Shown here: in pieces, positions 45,177 to 53,966 of the stretch
How the letters are laid out: each line of letters starts with the position of its first letter
Position numbering within the stretch: the stretch's first letter is position 1
Source of the DNA: a virus
Taxonomy: Duplodnaviria > Caudoviricetes
Reading direction: 5' to 3' (one strand)
DNA length: 59,284 nt
IMG/VR virus record: IMGVR_UViG_3300037119_007415
Coordinates: 1-59,284 of that record
Translations under genes and position numbers: made by a program
The notes under the pieces: model-generated
The model's input: the letters and a program-made list of their open reading frames with translations, nothing else
Told to the model about the DNA's origin: nothing
Database searches by the model: none

Positions 45177-45208
45177 GCTGCCCCCGGCCATCGACAACCG
45201 GGGGCAGC
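45177..45208. terminator. Hairpin between convergent genes
   Basis: Stem GCTGCCCCCGG/CCGGGGGCAGC. Confidence 0.6.
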
Positions 45209-45251
45209 GAACGGTGTCACCCACAGCGACGGAAGTGACGGCCTCACGTTA

Positions 45252-45773
45252 TCAACGCAACGGAAGCCCCCGTTGGAGTTTGTAGGCCGGATACAGGTAG
45301 CACGGGAACTCGACGCGCGTGTCGGACTGCGGAGTGCAGAAGTGCCGCTCGTCTTTGGCGATGGCGCCCCATTGCCAGCCGATGATCTCGGCGACACCCG
45401 TCGGTGACGCCTCCGCCGAGAACACGACACGATGCAGCCGCACGAGGATGAACGGCCGGTCGTCGGTGTCGTGTCGTCGCATCAGCAGGTTCCCGGTGCG
45501 CCACTGCGTCGCCCGGACTTCCCAGCCCGGCCCGACGTCGCCACACAGCAGCTTCGGGTTGCGGACGACCTCGACGTAGTCGTCCTCGTATCCGCCGACA
45601 CGGGCCACGGCTAGCTCGCCGACGGCGCCGACGATGTCGTTGTGGAGCCCGACGTTCTCGACGTCCATGCCCATCGACCCCGTGTGGCCGTGCTTGCCGT
45701 TGGCACGGTGCCGTCCGGTGCCGACACGCACCGCGCGTCGTCCGAGCGTCGCGTCGACCGGGACCTCGATCAC
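45252..45773 (-). CDS. Hypothetical protein, possibly PD-(D/E)xK nuclease fold
   Basis: GAVGELAVA...GDVG..WEVR pattern. Confidence 0.5.
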   Translation of the reverse strand: MIEVPVDATLGRRAVRVGTGRHRANGKHGHTGSMGMDVENVGLHNDIVGAVGELAVARVGGYEDDYVEVVRNPKLLCGDVGPGWEVRATQWRTGNLLMRRHDTDDRPFILVRLHRVVFSAEASPTGVAEIIGWQWGAIAKDERHFCTPQSDTRVEFPCYLYPAYKLQRGLPLR

Positions 45774-46054
45774 GGCACTCGTGTGCTCGTCGTGTAGGGC
45801 GTGATGTCGCCGTTCTTCACCTGGCCCCACCACGGCGGGCGCAGATACGTCGCCGAGTCACGGAACAGATCCGCCAACGCTCCCCGGTCCGTCTCGGCAA
45901 CGAGCGGCACCACGTCGCCGAGCTTCCCGTCGAGCAGCATCCCGGCCTCGATCCCGCCGATGTGACGGATCGTGCCCGAGTCGTACACGGCGAAGTGATG
46001 GTTCCCTGTCACCGCGGGTGGACCCGAGGCGTCGCGCACGATGTACGCCAGCAC
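45770..46054 (-). CDS. Hypothetical protein
   Basis: Coupled ORF, 94 aa. Confidence 0.6.
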   Translation of the reverse strand: MLAYIVRDASGPPAVTGNHHFAVYDSGTIRHIGGIEAGMLLDGKLGDVVPLVAETDRGALADLFRDSATYLRPPWWGQVKNGDITPYTTSTRVP

Positions 46055-46056
46055 AG

Positions 46057-46338
46057 CTACAGGTTCCCTTCGCCGGACTTGCCCTCGGTCGTGGGGCCCG
46101 GCTCGACAGCGTCGGCGGGCATGAACGTCTGTGGCGTCACGAACGTCTTGACCTCGTCCTCGGTCGGGGCTTCGAGCACGCTCGTTCCCTCACCGACGCC
46201 TTCGGTCTGCGCCTCGAAGCGTGCCTCGGCGGCCTTGTCGGCCTCGTCCTGCGCCGTGACGTCGACAGGCTTCGTCTGCGCCTGCGGGCTGTCACCTTCG
46301 GGTGTCAACGTCTTCGGTGTCGGGGTGTTGGTCGCCAT
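46057..46338 (-). CDS. Acidic low-complexity hypothetical protein
   Basis: RBS AAGGAG precedes MATNTPTP... Confidence 0.6.
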   Translation of the reverse strand: MATNTPTPKTLTPEGDSPQAQTKPVDVTAQDEADKAAEARFEAQTEGVGEGTSVLEAPTEDEVKTFVTPQTFMPADAVEPGPTTEGKSGEGNL

Positions 46339-46564
46339 GTGCATCTCCTTGGTCGTCAGCAACGGTAGCAGCGGCCCCGTCGTCGTCGGGTTGTTCCGCT
46401 TCCTGCACCGCACCAAACCCGGCGACGGTCAGATCCGCGGCGACGAGGAGAGTCGCCAGCTTCGCGTCGCCGACGATGATCAGCCCCACCGCGACCGACA
46501 CGAACGTCGCTGCCCCGCCGATCAACAAGCCCCAGGCGCACGGTCGCTCGAGTACGGCGAACAC
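46292..46564 (-). CDS. Two-TM membrane protein (holin candidate; start uncertain)
   Basis: Hydrophobic segments and acidic tail directly downstream of the endolysin. Confidence 0.5.
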   Translation of the reverse strand: MFAVLERPCAWGLLIGGAATFVSVAVGLIIVGDAKLATLLVAADLTVAGFGAVQEAEQPDDDGAAATVADDQGDAHGDQHPDTEDVDTRR

Positions 46565-46590
46565 GGCGAGGACACGGCGACGCGCCTGCC

Positions 46591-47436
46591 TCAGCCGGTG
46601 TACCACGACTGGCATTGCGCGACGGCAAGCGGCGGTGCCGGGTCGCCTCCTTGCGTGACGCCCTCGACGGACCAGTAGCCCTCGATGTGGATCCGCAGCG
46701 CAATCGGTCGGCCGTCTTCGGGCAGGAAGAAGTAGCCGTTCGTGTCGGCTCCTTGTGACGGGCCGAGCGGCGCGCCGTTGGCGAACACCCGGACGTGTGT
46801 CGGCGGTGTCGCAGCGACGGGCCGTTTGACGTACAGCACCGCACGGTTCAACACAGTGAGGATCTGGCCGTCGGCGGGCAGGTTCACGAAGTCGATGATC
46901 CACGGCGCGCCCGGCCTCGGGAATCCTTGCGTCTCATACATGTCGTCAGCCTCCTGGCGATGGTGCCGTTGGGTGACGATCGGGTCGTCACGGTGATGGT
47001 CGGCAATCGGTACGTCGAGCCCGACGCCTTCGAGCATCGGGGCGTCGCGCATCCCGCCCGTGTCTCGTGCTGTCCACGTCTGGCCGTGCCACGGCTCCGG
47101 GTTCTTCGGGCGTGTCGCCATCGGGAACACGATCCCGAACCCGCGGGCCGCGGCATGGAACGTCGACCACGTGCAGCCCGAGATCGTGTAGTCGATGGCG
47201 TGGCAGAACCCGTCGGCTTGTTCCATGTGCAGCGACCCGAAGCTCCGCCAGCCCCACGGCGAGATCGGCCCGATGGCGTACGGATCCGCGGCGAGGTTGG
47301 GTTTCGTACGTCGAAGCGTGATCTGTTGCGACCTCGACCGGCACACACCCACGCTGCCGACGTGGACGCCACGGCCTGCGCAGTACGCGCGCAGCGCCGC
47401 GTCACGCATGGCGAACGTCGGGTGCAGGTCGGTCAT
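46591..47436 (-). CDS. Endolysin, M15 (VanY-like) Zn peptidase
   Basis: RS..QQ..L, GSLH......CHAID and EPWH. Confidence 0.75.
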   Translation of the reverse strand: MTDLHPTFAMRDAALRAYCAGRGVHVGSVGVCRSRSQQITLRRTKPNLAADPYAIGPISPWGWRSFGSLHMEQADGFCHAIDYTISGCTWSTFHAAARGFGIVFPMATRPKNPEPWHGQTWTARDTGGMRDAPMLEGVGLDVPIADHHRDDPIVTQRHHRQEADDMYETQGFPRPGAPWIIDFVNLPADGQILTVLNRAVLYVKRPVAATPPTHVRVFANGAPLGPSQGADTNGYFFLPEDGRPIALRIHIEGYWSVEGVTQGGDPAPPLAVAQCQSWYTG

Positions 47437-47681
47437 GTCGCGTGGATCTCCTCGAACCGGAACATGCGTGCCGCCGGGTTGCTGTTGCCCCGGCCGGCAC
47501 CGACCGTTGCCTGCACCATCGCCGCGTCGAGCGTGTCAATGAAGTCATAGAACGCGCGTTGCGCGTCGTGCGGGTCGCGGAAGCCCTCGCCTGCACCGCC
47601 GACGTGTTCGCCGTTGGCTGCACGGAGCCGCCACGACCATTCGCCGTCGGCCCGTTCGTAGATCTCGACCTGTGCTTCCAT
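47433..47681 (-). CDS. DUF1508 (YegP-like) protein
   Basis: EIYERADGEWSWRLRAANGE.V...GEGF. Confidence 0.85.
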   Translation of the reverse strand: MEAQVEIYERADGEWSWRLRAANGEHVGGAGEGFRDPHDAQRAFYDFIDTLDAAMVQATVGAGRGNSNPAARMFRFEEIHAT

Positions 47682-47683
47682 GC

Positions 47684-47881
47684 TCAGTCCCCCTTCGTGA
47701 TGTCGGCGAGGATCCAGACCATGTCCATGTCTTCGCCGTCCTCTGATCGAAACCGGGTGTGTGCGAAGACCTTGGCGTGGGCGAAGATCGTCGCCGTGAC
47801 TTCATGCACGTTGCCGATGTCGACAGACGTGTCTTCGCTCACGAAGTCACAGTCGTAGGACATGCACATCCATCGAGCCAT
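47684..47881 (-). CDS. Small hypothetical protein
   Basis: RBS GAAGGAG precedes MARWMCMSYDCDF. Confidence 0.55.
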   Translation of the reverse strand: MARWMCMSYDCDFVSEDTSVDIGNVHEVTATIFAHAKVFAHTRFRSEDGEDMDMVWILADITKGD

Positions 47882-47883
47882 CG

Positions 47884-48369
47884 TCAGTCTCCTTCGATGT
47901 CGATGTCGGGTCCCTCGACCTCGTGAGGTGGGGCCGGGAGGACGTCGCCAGGACCAGGCGACACGTCCGGTGTGATCGGTGCGGCGTCGCCGGGGATCCC
48001 GTCGATGTGGTCGTCGGGGCCGACGTCGGGCATCGTGTCGTCGCCGACGACGAGGCGGTACGCCGTCAACGCAGCCATCGCCGCGCGTGCCTCCTCGACT
48101 GTCGGGGCACGATGCTCGACGTGCGCGGCGACAACGGCGAGAGCCGCGGCGGCAAGGTCGGCGTCGAGATCGGCATGCTCGACGTCGCTGTCGTCTCGGA
48201 TCTGGTACGCGAGGTCGACGAGGAGTTCCGTCAACGCCGCCATGACGACGCCCCATTGCACGGTCAGGTCGTTGTGTGTGTAGGCCTGTTGCATCCCGGC
48301 GAGCTTGTGCGTTGCGTCGGCGAGAGCGACGAGGCGACCGGGGAGCGAGTCATCGTGGGGTGCTGGCAT
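47884..48369 (-). CDS. Hypothetical protein
   Basis: Helical N-terminus with acidic tail; -10 TACCGT 7 nt before ATG 48369. Confidence 0.65.
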   Translation of the reverse strand: MPAPHDDSLPGRLVALADATHKLAGMQQAYTHNDLTVQWGVVMAALTELLVDLAYQIRDDSDVEHADLDADLAAAALAVVAAHVEHRAPTVEEARAAMAALTAYRLVVGDDTMPDVGPDDHIDGIPGDAAPITPDVSPGPGDVLPAPPHEVEGPDIDIEGD

Positions 48370-48387
48370 GGGCGTCACGGTAGTGCG

Positions 48388-50082
48388 CTAACGGGACACG
48401 ATGCGGCCTTGTCCTCCTGCGGTGCCACGGCCCGTGAGGATGCCGGGGCCGCGTGTCCCGATCGACTGCGGTGCGGGTGCGTGGATCGTGGCGACCCCGA
48501 TCTCTAGGTGCTTCAACGCTTGCGACAGGGCGTCGACGATGTCGTCGTGTCCTCCTCGCTTCGGTGGGAAGGCTGCGTGCTCGTCGATCACGAGAGACGG
48601 CCACAGAGGCGCTGTGGAGCCCTCCTCCGTTGCGCCAGGCAGGAAGACGTCGTGTGCTTCGAGCTTCGGGCCGGTGTGTGTGCGTGCCCTCACGAGCTTC
48701 GACTGTTGCGGCACTGTCTCCTCGACGATGCCGGACATACCGGCGCGCACGATCCGTTCGACCTCGGGCCTCGCCCACTCGGGGATCCCGACGGCATCAG
48801 CGGTGTCGTCGTCGAGCACGAATGCCGGGTCGGCGTTGCGTAGCTCCGTGATGACCTCGGGTCCGTAGCCCGTGTTCTCGATCACGTGCTTGCGGATCGT
48901 CGGGTGTTGCACCCGCATCCAAGCGATGGCTGTCTTCGTCTGACGTTGCGACCATTGGCCGCGCAACATGTGCATGATCCGGTACGTGCCGCCGATGCGT
49001 GCGACGGCGAGGCCGACGACGAAGTCGCCTCCTTCCCGGTCCTTCAACTTCATGTCCCACGACGTCAACGACGCGTCGACGTGTTGCGGATCCTCGGAGT
49101 AGAACCGCCAGTCGTCACGCTTGAACTCGCCGCCTGTCTCGGGGATCGGCTGTTGCTGCTCCAACGCTGCGACGAGATACGACCCCGCCAACGCCGCGCG
49201 ACGTTTCACGGCCTCGGGTCCGTACCGTTCGGGTGCCAGCAGTTCGCCGGGCTCACGTCCGAGTAGATCGTGTTCACCGGCGACCATCGGCATCACGACG
49301 AACTCGACCTCGATGCCGAGCTCCCGGGCGATGGCTTCCATGCGTGCCGTTGGGTCGTCGACGTGCCAGCGGGTGTGGGCCAGGATCAGGAAGGCGCCTT
49401 CGGCGAGGCGGAACTGTGCGACGCTCGCTATCTCGTGCCAGGCCTCGTCGCGGTACACGGGGCTGTGTGCGGCCTGCCAGTTCTTCAACGGGTCGTCCAC
49501 GATCACCCCACCTGATGCGCCGAACCCGGCGACGCCGCCGTGCAGCGTGGTCGCCAGCATCCCGCCGCCTTGCGTTGTGCGCCAAAGGTTCTGTGTCTGC
49601 GCGTCGGGCATCAGGTCGAACCCGAGGCGGGCAGCGACGGGTGCCGTCCTGATGTGCGTCAGCATGTCGGTCGAGAACTGACGGGCGAGACGGTCGCCGT
49701 AGGGCAGGTATTGGTACGTCTTCGTCGGGTCGAGGTCCAACGCCCATTCGACGCCACGACGGAGCCATGTCGTCTTTCCGGTCTGGGGTGGAAGGTTCCA
49801 CACTTGGAACGGCGACTCGCCGATCACGGCACGCCGGAATGCGTCGGCGAGGTAACGCGTGTAGGGCCAGTCGCGGACGGCGTCGCCGTCGAGCAGCCGG
49901 GCGAACGTCCACGGGTCACGCCTGGCCCCGGCGGCAACGCGTGATGCCGCTATCCGTTCGATCCGTTGCCGGGCGCGGTGTGGGAGCCGGTCGAGGACGT
50001 CACGCTCGAAGCGTGCTCGCTGCTCGGCGTCGGCGTGTTGTAACCGAAGGAGGACGTCAACGATGACGTCGTCGGATCCCAT
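48388..50082 (-). CDS. terL: Terminase large subunit
   Basis: Walker A NLPPQTGKT, Walker B IVDDPLKN, TRWH.DD, and nuclease motifs SWD...DF.V and FP....HDDIVDALSQAL. Confidence 0.95.
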   Translation of the reverse strand: MGSDDVIVDVLLRLQHADAEQRARFERDVLDRLPHRARQRIERIAASRVAAGARRDPWTFARLLDGDAVRDWPYTRYLADAFRRAVIGESPFQVWNLPPQTGKTTWLRRGVEWALDLDPTKTYQYLPYGDRLARQFSTDMLTHIRTAPVAARLGFDLMPDAQTQNLWRTTQGGGMLATTLHGGVAGFGASGGVIVDDPLKNWQAAHSPVYRDEAWHEIASVAQFRLAEGAFLILAHTRWHVDDPTARMEAIARELGIEVEFVVMPMVAGEHDLLGREPGELLAPERYGPEAVKRRAALAGSYLVAALEQQQPIPETGGEFKRDDWRFYSEDPQHVDASLTSWDMKLKDREGGDFVVGLAVARIGGTYRIMHMLRGQWSQRQTKTAIAWMRVQHPTIRKHVIENTGYGPEVITELRNADPAFVLDDDTADAVGIPEWARPEVERIVRAGMSGIVEETVPQQSKLVRARTHTGPKLEAHDVFLPGATEEGSTAPLWPSLVIDEHAAFPPKRGGHDDIVDALSQALKHLEIGVATIHAPAPQSIGTRGPGILTGRGTAGGQGRIVSR

Positions 50083-50112
50083 ACCACCGCATCATCCAGT
50101 AGCGCATGACCA

Positions 50113-50244
50113 TCAGCCGATGATGGCACGCCAGAGCCATGCGAGCCCGGCTGCGGCGACGACGACGATCGTGATGCACACGACGATGGTCAACGTCCAC
50201 ACGATGATCCTGGCGGCCTGACGGGCAAGCTGGTCATCGGTCAT
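50113..50244 (-). CDS. Tiny single-TM protein
   Basis: MTDDQLARQAARIIVWTLTIVVCITIVVV... Confidence 0.55.
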   Translation of the reverse strand: MTDDQLARQAARIIVWTLTIVVCITIVVVAAAGLAWLWRAIIG

Positions 50245-50456
50245 CGCTGGTCGATGTCGGGCACAGCCCACCGTCCGACCATTGTTGAGGTGTCGCCGTT
50301 GTCGGCGTAGTCGGTGACGACAGCCCGGTAGCGCACGATCGTCCCGTAGCCCATGTCGGCCGGGGGCATCAGCACGGAGCCGTCGAGGTCGCTGACCATG
50401 CACGTCAACGTTCGGCCGTCGGCGAACTCGATCTCGCACTCGGTGACCATCACCAC
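50241..50456 (-). CDS. Small hypothetical protein
   Basis: Coupled ORF. Confidence 0.5.
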   Translation of the reverse strand: MVMVTECEIEFADGRTLTCMVSDLDGSVLMPPADMGYGTIVRYRAVVTDYADNGDTSTMVGRWAVPDIDQR

Positions 50457-50713
50457 GGGACTCCCTCGATGCGGAGGCGCATTGGCAGGTCGACGGTGTC
50501 GCCAGGCTTGATCGGCGCGCCCGAGGTGCCGAGGTCGACGAGCGTCGAGTCGACCAGCGTGTTGTCCTCGCCGTACAGGTCGAGCGGGAGCGACGCTGTC
50601 GCCGCGTAACGATGCGTCGCCTTCCCGTGAAGCTCGACGACGATCGAGCCTTCACGCAACGCCATGCCGACGACGTCGAGACGCCCGAACGGTGTCACGG
50701 CGTAGCCCTTCAC
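50450..50713 (-). CDS. Small hypothetical protein
   Basis: GTGA overlap; beta-rich. Confidence 0.55.
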   Translation of the reverse strand: MKGYAVTPFGRLDVVGMALREGSIVVELHGKATHRYAATASLPLDLYGEDNTLVDSTLVDLGTSGAPIKPGDTVDLPMRLRIEGVPW

Positions 50714-51006
50714 CGGATCTTGTCTTTCGTCTTGCGTGTCTGCGCGGCGAGCCAGTCGGGACACGTGGCGTGGTGCGGCATGAACAGTTCGGCGTCGTCG
50801 CCGTGGAGGTCTTGCACGAGGAGACGTTCGAGCGGCCCCAACACACGGGCCCGTGTCCTGCCCATGTTGTCGTCGACCAGCATCACGTTCCCGTCTGGTG
50901 TCGGCGTGTAGTCGAGGGGCATCGCTTTCCCGGTCGCTTCGGTGTGGACCCACACGATGCGGCGGCGACATGCACGACACGCGGACGGCGGCGGGAGTTC
51001 AGCCAC
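50710..51006 (-). CDS. Zn-binding phage protein
   Basis: CRAC...I.W......GK.MP.D...HHATCP, a common phage motif. Confidence 0.7.
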   Translation of the reverse strand: MAELPPPSACRACRRRIVWVHTEATGKAMPLDYTPTPDGNVMLVDDNMGRTRARVLGPLERLLVQDLHGDDAELFMPHHATCPDWLAAQTRKTKDKIR

Positions 51007-51196
51007 CGAGCACCGTGACGTTGTCTTCGGCGGCGAGCCGTGTGCGCAGCATGATCCAGTGCTGCTCACAGAGCCTCGTCGTCTCGTCGAGCCTGTTCCC
51101 GTTCGGGTCGAGCAGAGCGATGCGTCGGATCCGTGCGCCGTTGCCGCATCGCTTCACGGTGCACGTGATCCGGCCGCTGTCGCCGCGTCGGCTCAC
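50999..51196 (-). CDS. Small Cys/His protein
   Basis: C....C...LCEQH. Confidence 0.5.
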   Translation of the reverse strand: MSRRGDSGRITCTVKRCGNGARIRRIALLDPNGNRLDETTRLCEQHWIMLRTRLAAEDNVTVLGG

Positions 51197-51576
51197 GAGA
51201 GGGGCTTCGATCCGTCGACCATCGGCATGTCCTCGCCGACCGACCCGCGTGGAACCCACGTGCCGCCGCGGACGTATCCGACGGTGCCGCATTCGCAGCG
51301 CACGCCGGGGTCGAGCGTCAGCCCTCGTTCGGAGTGGATGGCGCGCACGATCTGGTGCGGCGCCGCGGTGCGTGCCTCCGGTGTCCCGTCGTACACGAGA
51401 TGCACCTGATGGACCTGCACGGGCGCGTCGCCGACCTCTTGATACAGGTGCGACACGCGGACACCGAACGGCTTGCCGTTGTCGTGGGCCGACTCGGACA
51501 CGTACACCCATTCGCCGATCTGGTCGCCGAGGCTGTGTTCGTATCGCAACGCTTCCGCTAGGGCTGGCTGGATCAT
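51193..51576 (-). CDS. Hypothetical protein
   Basis: LTL.P.V.C.CG..G....G.W C-terminus. Confidence 0.6.
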   Translation of the reverse strand: MIQPALAEALRYEHSLGDQIGEWVYVSESAHDNGKPFGVRVSHLYQEVGDAPVQVHQVHLVYDGTPEARTAAPHQIVRAIHSERGLTLDPGVRCECGTVGYVRGGTWVPRGSVGEDMPMVDGSKPLS

Positions 51577-51719
51577 CGTGGTGGTTCCTTCATTCGTTGA
51601 GCGATGGTGTCGAGCATGTCGACGTACGCGCGGCGGAGCCCCGCGAGTTGGAAGGCGAGCGACGTCGCATCGACAAGCTCGCCGCGCAGCACCTCACGCG
51701 GTTCGAGGTCGCCGGTCAT
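51573..51719 (-). CDS. Small hypothetical protein (48 aa)
   Basis: My own translation MTGDLEPREVLRGEL...; ATGA overlaps at both ends. Confidence 0.5.
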   Translation of the reverse strand: MTGDLEPREVLRGELVDATSLAFQLAGLRRAYVDMLDTIAQRMKEPPR

Positions 51720-51946
51720 CGGTCCCGTTCCTTGAAGTTCGTGGTCACGTCGGCCGGCACCGGGCGTTGACGGGATCGGTTCCCGCCGCCCTGTGGCCTG
51801 CCTGGGGTGTGCGTCGACGCCTGCGCACCGAGGACACGGTGGCGGAGGAACTCGGCGCGGGACATGCCCTGCTTCCGGGCGGCGGCGTCGACCATGTCGA
51901 CCTCGTCGGCGGTGAGCCGCACCGAGACGTTCTTCGTGGCTGTCAT
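51716..51946 (-). CDS. Ribbon-helix-helix (CopG/MobC-like) DNA-binding protein
   Basis: VSVRLTADEVDMVDAAARKQGMSRAEFLR. Confidence 0.8.
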   Translation of the reverse strand: MTATKNVSVRLTADEVDMVDAAARKQGMSRAEFLRHRVLGAQASTHTPGRPQGGGNRSRQRPVPADVTTNFKERDR

Positions 51947-52001
51947 GCCCCGACTCTAAACCGGCGTCAACAACTGACGTCGGATCCCACGGAAAGTGGA
52001 G

Positions 52002-52640
52002 TCAATGACCGTTCGAGCCGTTCGTCCCGACGTCACTTTCCGGTGCCGCTTCGGGTAGGTGCTCGGTCGCCCACGTCGACAGGACGTCGGCTAGCTCGGC
52101 GTCCATCGTCGACTCGTCGAGCGTCCCGTTCTCGATCCTCACGTCGACCGAGACACGCCGCCCGTACTGCTGCTCCATGATCCAGCGCACGGCCTGGTAC
52201 GACGGCATCCGCTCCTCCTCGGTGACCTTGGCGTCGATCACCGTCGGCGTCACACCGGGGATCCCGATCGTCGCCGGGTCGAGGCGTCGTTCGGTCTTCG
52301 TGACCCGTCCGGCCGTGGCGAGCGAGTGCATGGCGTCGAGCCACTTGGCCTCACCTTCGGCGGCTGCGGCCTCGACTTCGCGCATAAAGTCGACGAGCTT
52401 CCGGTCGAGCTTGGTGAGCTTCGTTGTGGGGTTGACCATGAGTCGTTCGGACGCTCGGGCTGCTTGGATGCACCAGGCGCGGTAGGTCGTCATGAGTACG
52501 CCTGCTCGTGCGGCGGCGAGGTTTTCGGGGAGTCCTCGGCGCATGGCTTCGAGGATCCGGTCGGCGACGGTGATGTCGGCACCGTCGGGTGCTCGCTCGA
52601 GTACGGCGTCGATGCGTGAGGGTCTGCCGGTGCGTGCCAT
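52002..52640 (-). CDS. terS: Terminase small subunit (putative)
   Basis: GRPS...I..A.R.G.....AA..AG....T...W; F...V..A.A..E; A.RW..E...GR. Confidence 0.7.
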   Translation of the reverse strand: MARTGRPSRIDAVLERAPDGADITVADRILEAMRRGLPENLAAARAGVLMTTYRAWCIQAARASERLMVNPTTKLTKLDRKLVDFMREVEAAAAEGEAKWLDAMHSLATAGRVTKTERRLDPATIGIPGVTPTVIDAKVTEEERMPSYQAVRWIMEQQYGRRVSVDVRIENGTLDESTMDAELADVLSTWATEHLPEAAPESDVGTNGSNGH

Positions 52641-52661
52641 TGGGTTGAGGGTAGACGCGAA

Positions 52662-52697
52662 GCGGCCCGCCGACCGACAGACGGGTCGACGGGCCGC
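52662..52697 (-). terminator. Hairpin terminator
   Basis: Imperfect stem GCGGCCCG.CGACC/GGTCG.CGGGCCGC followed by TTCGCG. Confidence 0.5.
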
Positions 52698-52724
52698 GGC
52701 CCCTACTGGTTGCGCCGCAGAGGT

Positions 52725-53363
52725 CTAGAGGTTTCCTTCGGTTGGGATCGTGCCGGGGGCGGGGAGTTGCGTCGGCACGGCGGGTTCGCCTGTGGACGGG
52801 TCGACCTGGGGTTGATCCGGTGGGAGGTCACCCGGGAGTGTGTTGTCGGGCCGGGGGGCGTTGGGGTCCACGGGGGGTGTCCCGTCCCCGCCTCCGCCGT
52901 CTGTGCCGTCTGGGGGCGCTGGGAGGCCGTCTACGGGGCCGCCAGGCTCCGGCTGCGTCGATGGTCCCCCAGGATCGGTCGGCGTCTCTCCGCCCGTTTC
53001 TGGGGGCGTGGGAGCCTCGGGGAATGCTGGGTCGGGATCGACTCCGGCGAGCTGCGCGGTGAGGGCTTCGATCCGTTGCGCGGTTTCGAGGGCGTCGGCT
53101 CGGAGCCGGGAGATCGTGGCGGTGTCCTCGACTGCGGTTTCGGCCATCTGTCGGAGCGAGTCCATCAGGTGGGCGACGTCGCCGTCGATGCGTGACTTGG
53201 CGTCGGCGAAGGCCTGCTCCAACCGGCCGACGGCATCCCGTTGATCTGACATCAGGTCCTCCACTCGGATCAGACGGTCGAGGACGTCGGTCAACATGGC
53301 GATGATGGCTGCCAGGTAGTCGCGTTGCTCGGAGTCGTCGACGATCAGTTTGATCTCACCCAC
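52725..53363 (-). CDS. Coiled-coil protein with Pro/Gly/Asp-rich tail
   Basis: Stand-alone gene with leaderless -10 TACAGT and flanking hairpins. Confidence 0.7.
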   Translation of the reverse strand: MGEIKLIVDDSEQRDYLAAIIAMLTDVLDRLIRVEDLMSDQRDAVGRLEQAFADAKSRIDGDVAHLMDSLRQMAETAVEDTATISRLRADALETAQRIEALTAQLAGVDPDPAFPEAPTPPETGGETPTDPGGPSTQPEPGGPVDGLPAPPDGTDGGGGDGTPPVDPNAPRPDNTLPGDLPPDQPQVDPSTGEPAVPTQLPAPGTIPTEGNL

Positions 53364-53416
53364 GTGCGCACTGTACCCGCGGGAGCGGATCCGAACCGTG
53401 GACCTGAAAACGACGT

Positions 53417-53446
53417 GAGGCCCGGCACCGAGTGGTGCCGGGCCTC
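53417..53446 (-). terminator. Intrinsic terminator-like hairpin
   Basis: 13-bp perfect stem GAGGCCCGGCACC/GGTGCCGGGCCTC with downstream TTTT. Confidence 0.65.
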
Positions 53447-53450
53447 TTGT

Positions 53451-53966
53451 TCACTCGGCGGCTGCCTGGCAGGCGTCGCGTTGCTGATGCCACGGGTCGG
53501 TCAGCGCACCGATGTCGTCGGTGAACCCGTTGATCTTGTCGACGTTGTCCGCCATGTCTTGCAGCGCACCGTCGGGATCGTCGCCTGAGGCGAACCGGCT
53601 GATGGCGTCGAACGTGTCGGACATGACGCCCATGCTCGCGGCGTTGATGTCGAAGATCTGCGCCGCGGTGTCGAGTGCGTCGATGCACGCCTGCGGTGCG
53701 ACCTCGACTGTCACTGTCTCGCCGGGGACCTCGACGATCGACGTCGGGCCCGGCACCGGGACTTCCTTCGTGATGATCGACGTCGACGACGTCTCGACTG
53801 TGGGCTTGTCTTCCTGCCCTGATGCGCCGATCCCTGCGCCGAGGACGAGGCACGTGACGCCGAGGACGGCGGCTGTCGTCTTCGGGTGCCCGTTCCATGC
53901 ACGCCGGAGCCGTGACGGCTTCGGCGCCTCCGGTGGGGGCGGGATGATGTTGTGGTGGTTGGTCAT
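53451..53966 (-). CDS. Membrane-anchored protein
   Basis: Single TM (AVLGVTCLVLGAGIG) and an extracytoplasmic domain with a Cys pair. Confidence 0.75.
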   Translation of the reverse strand: MTNHHNIIPPPPEAPKPSRLRRAWNGHPKTTAAVLGVTCLVLGAGIGASGQEDKPTVETSSTSIITKEVPVPGPTSIVEVPGETVTVEVAPQACIDALDTAAQIFDINAASMGVMSDTFDAISRFASGDDPDGALQDMADNVDKINGFTDDIGALTDPWHQQRDACQAAAE

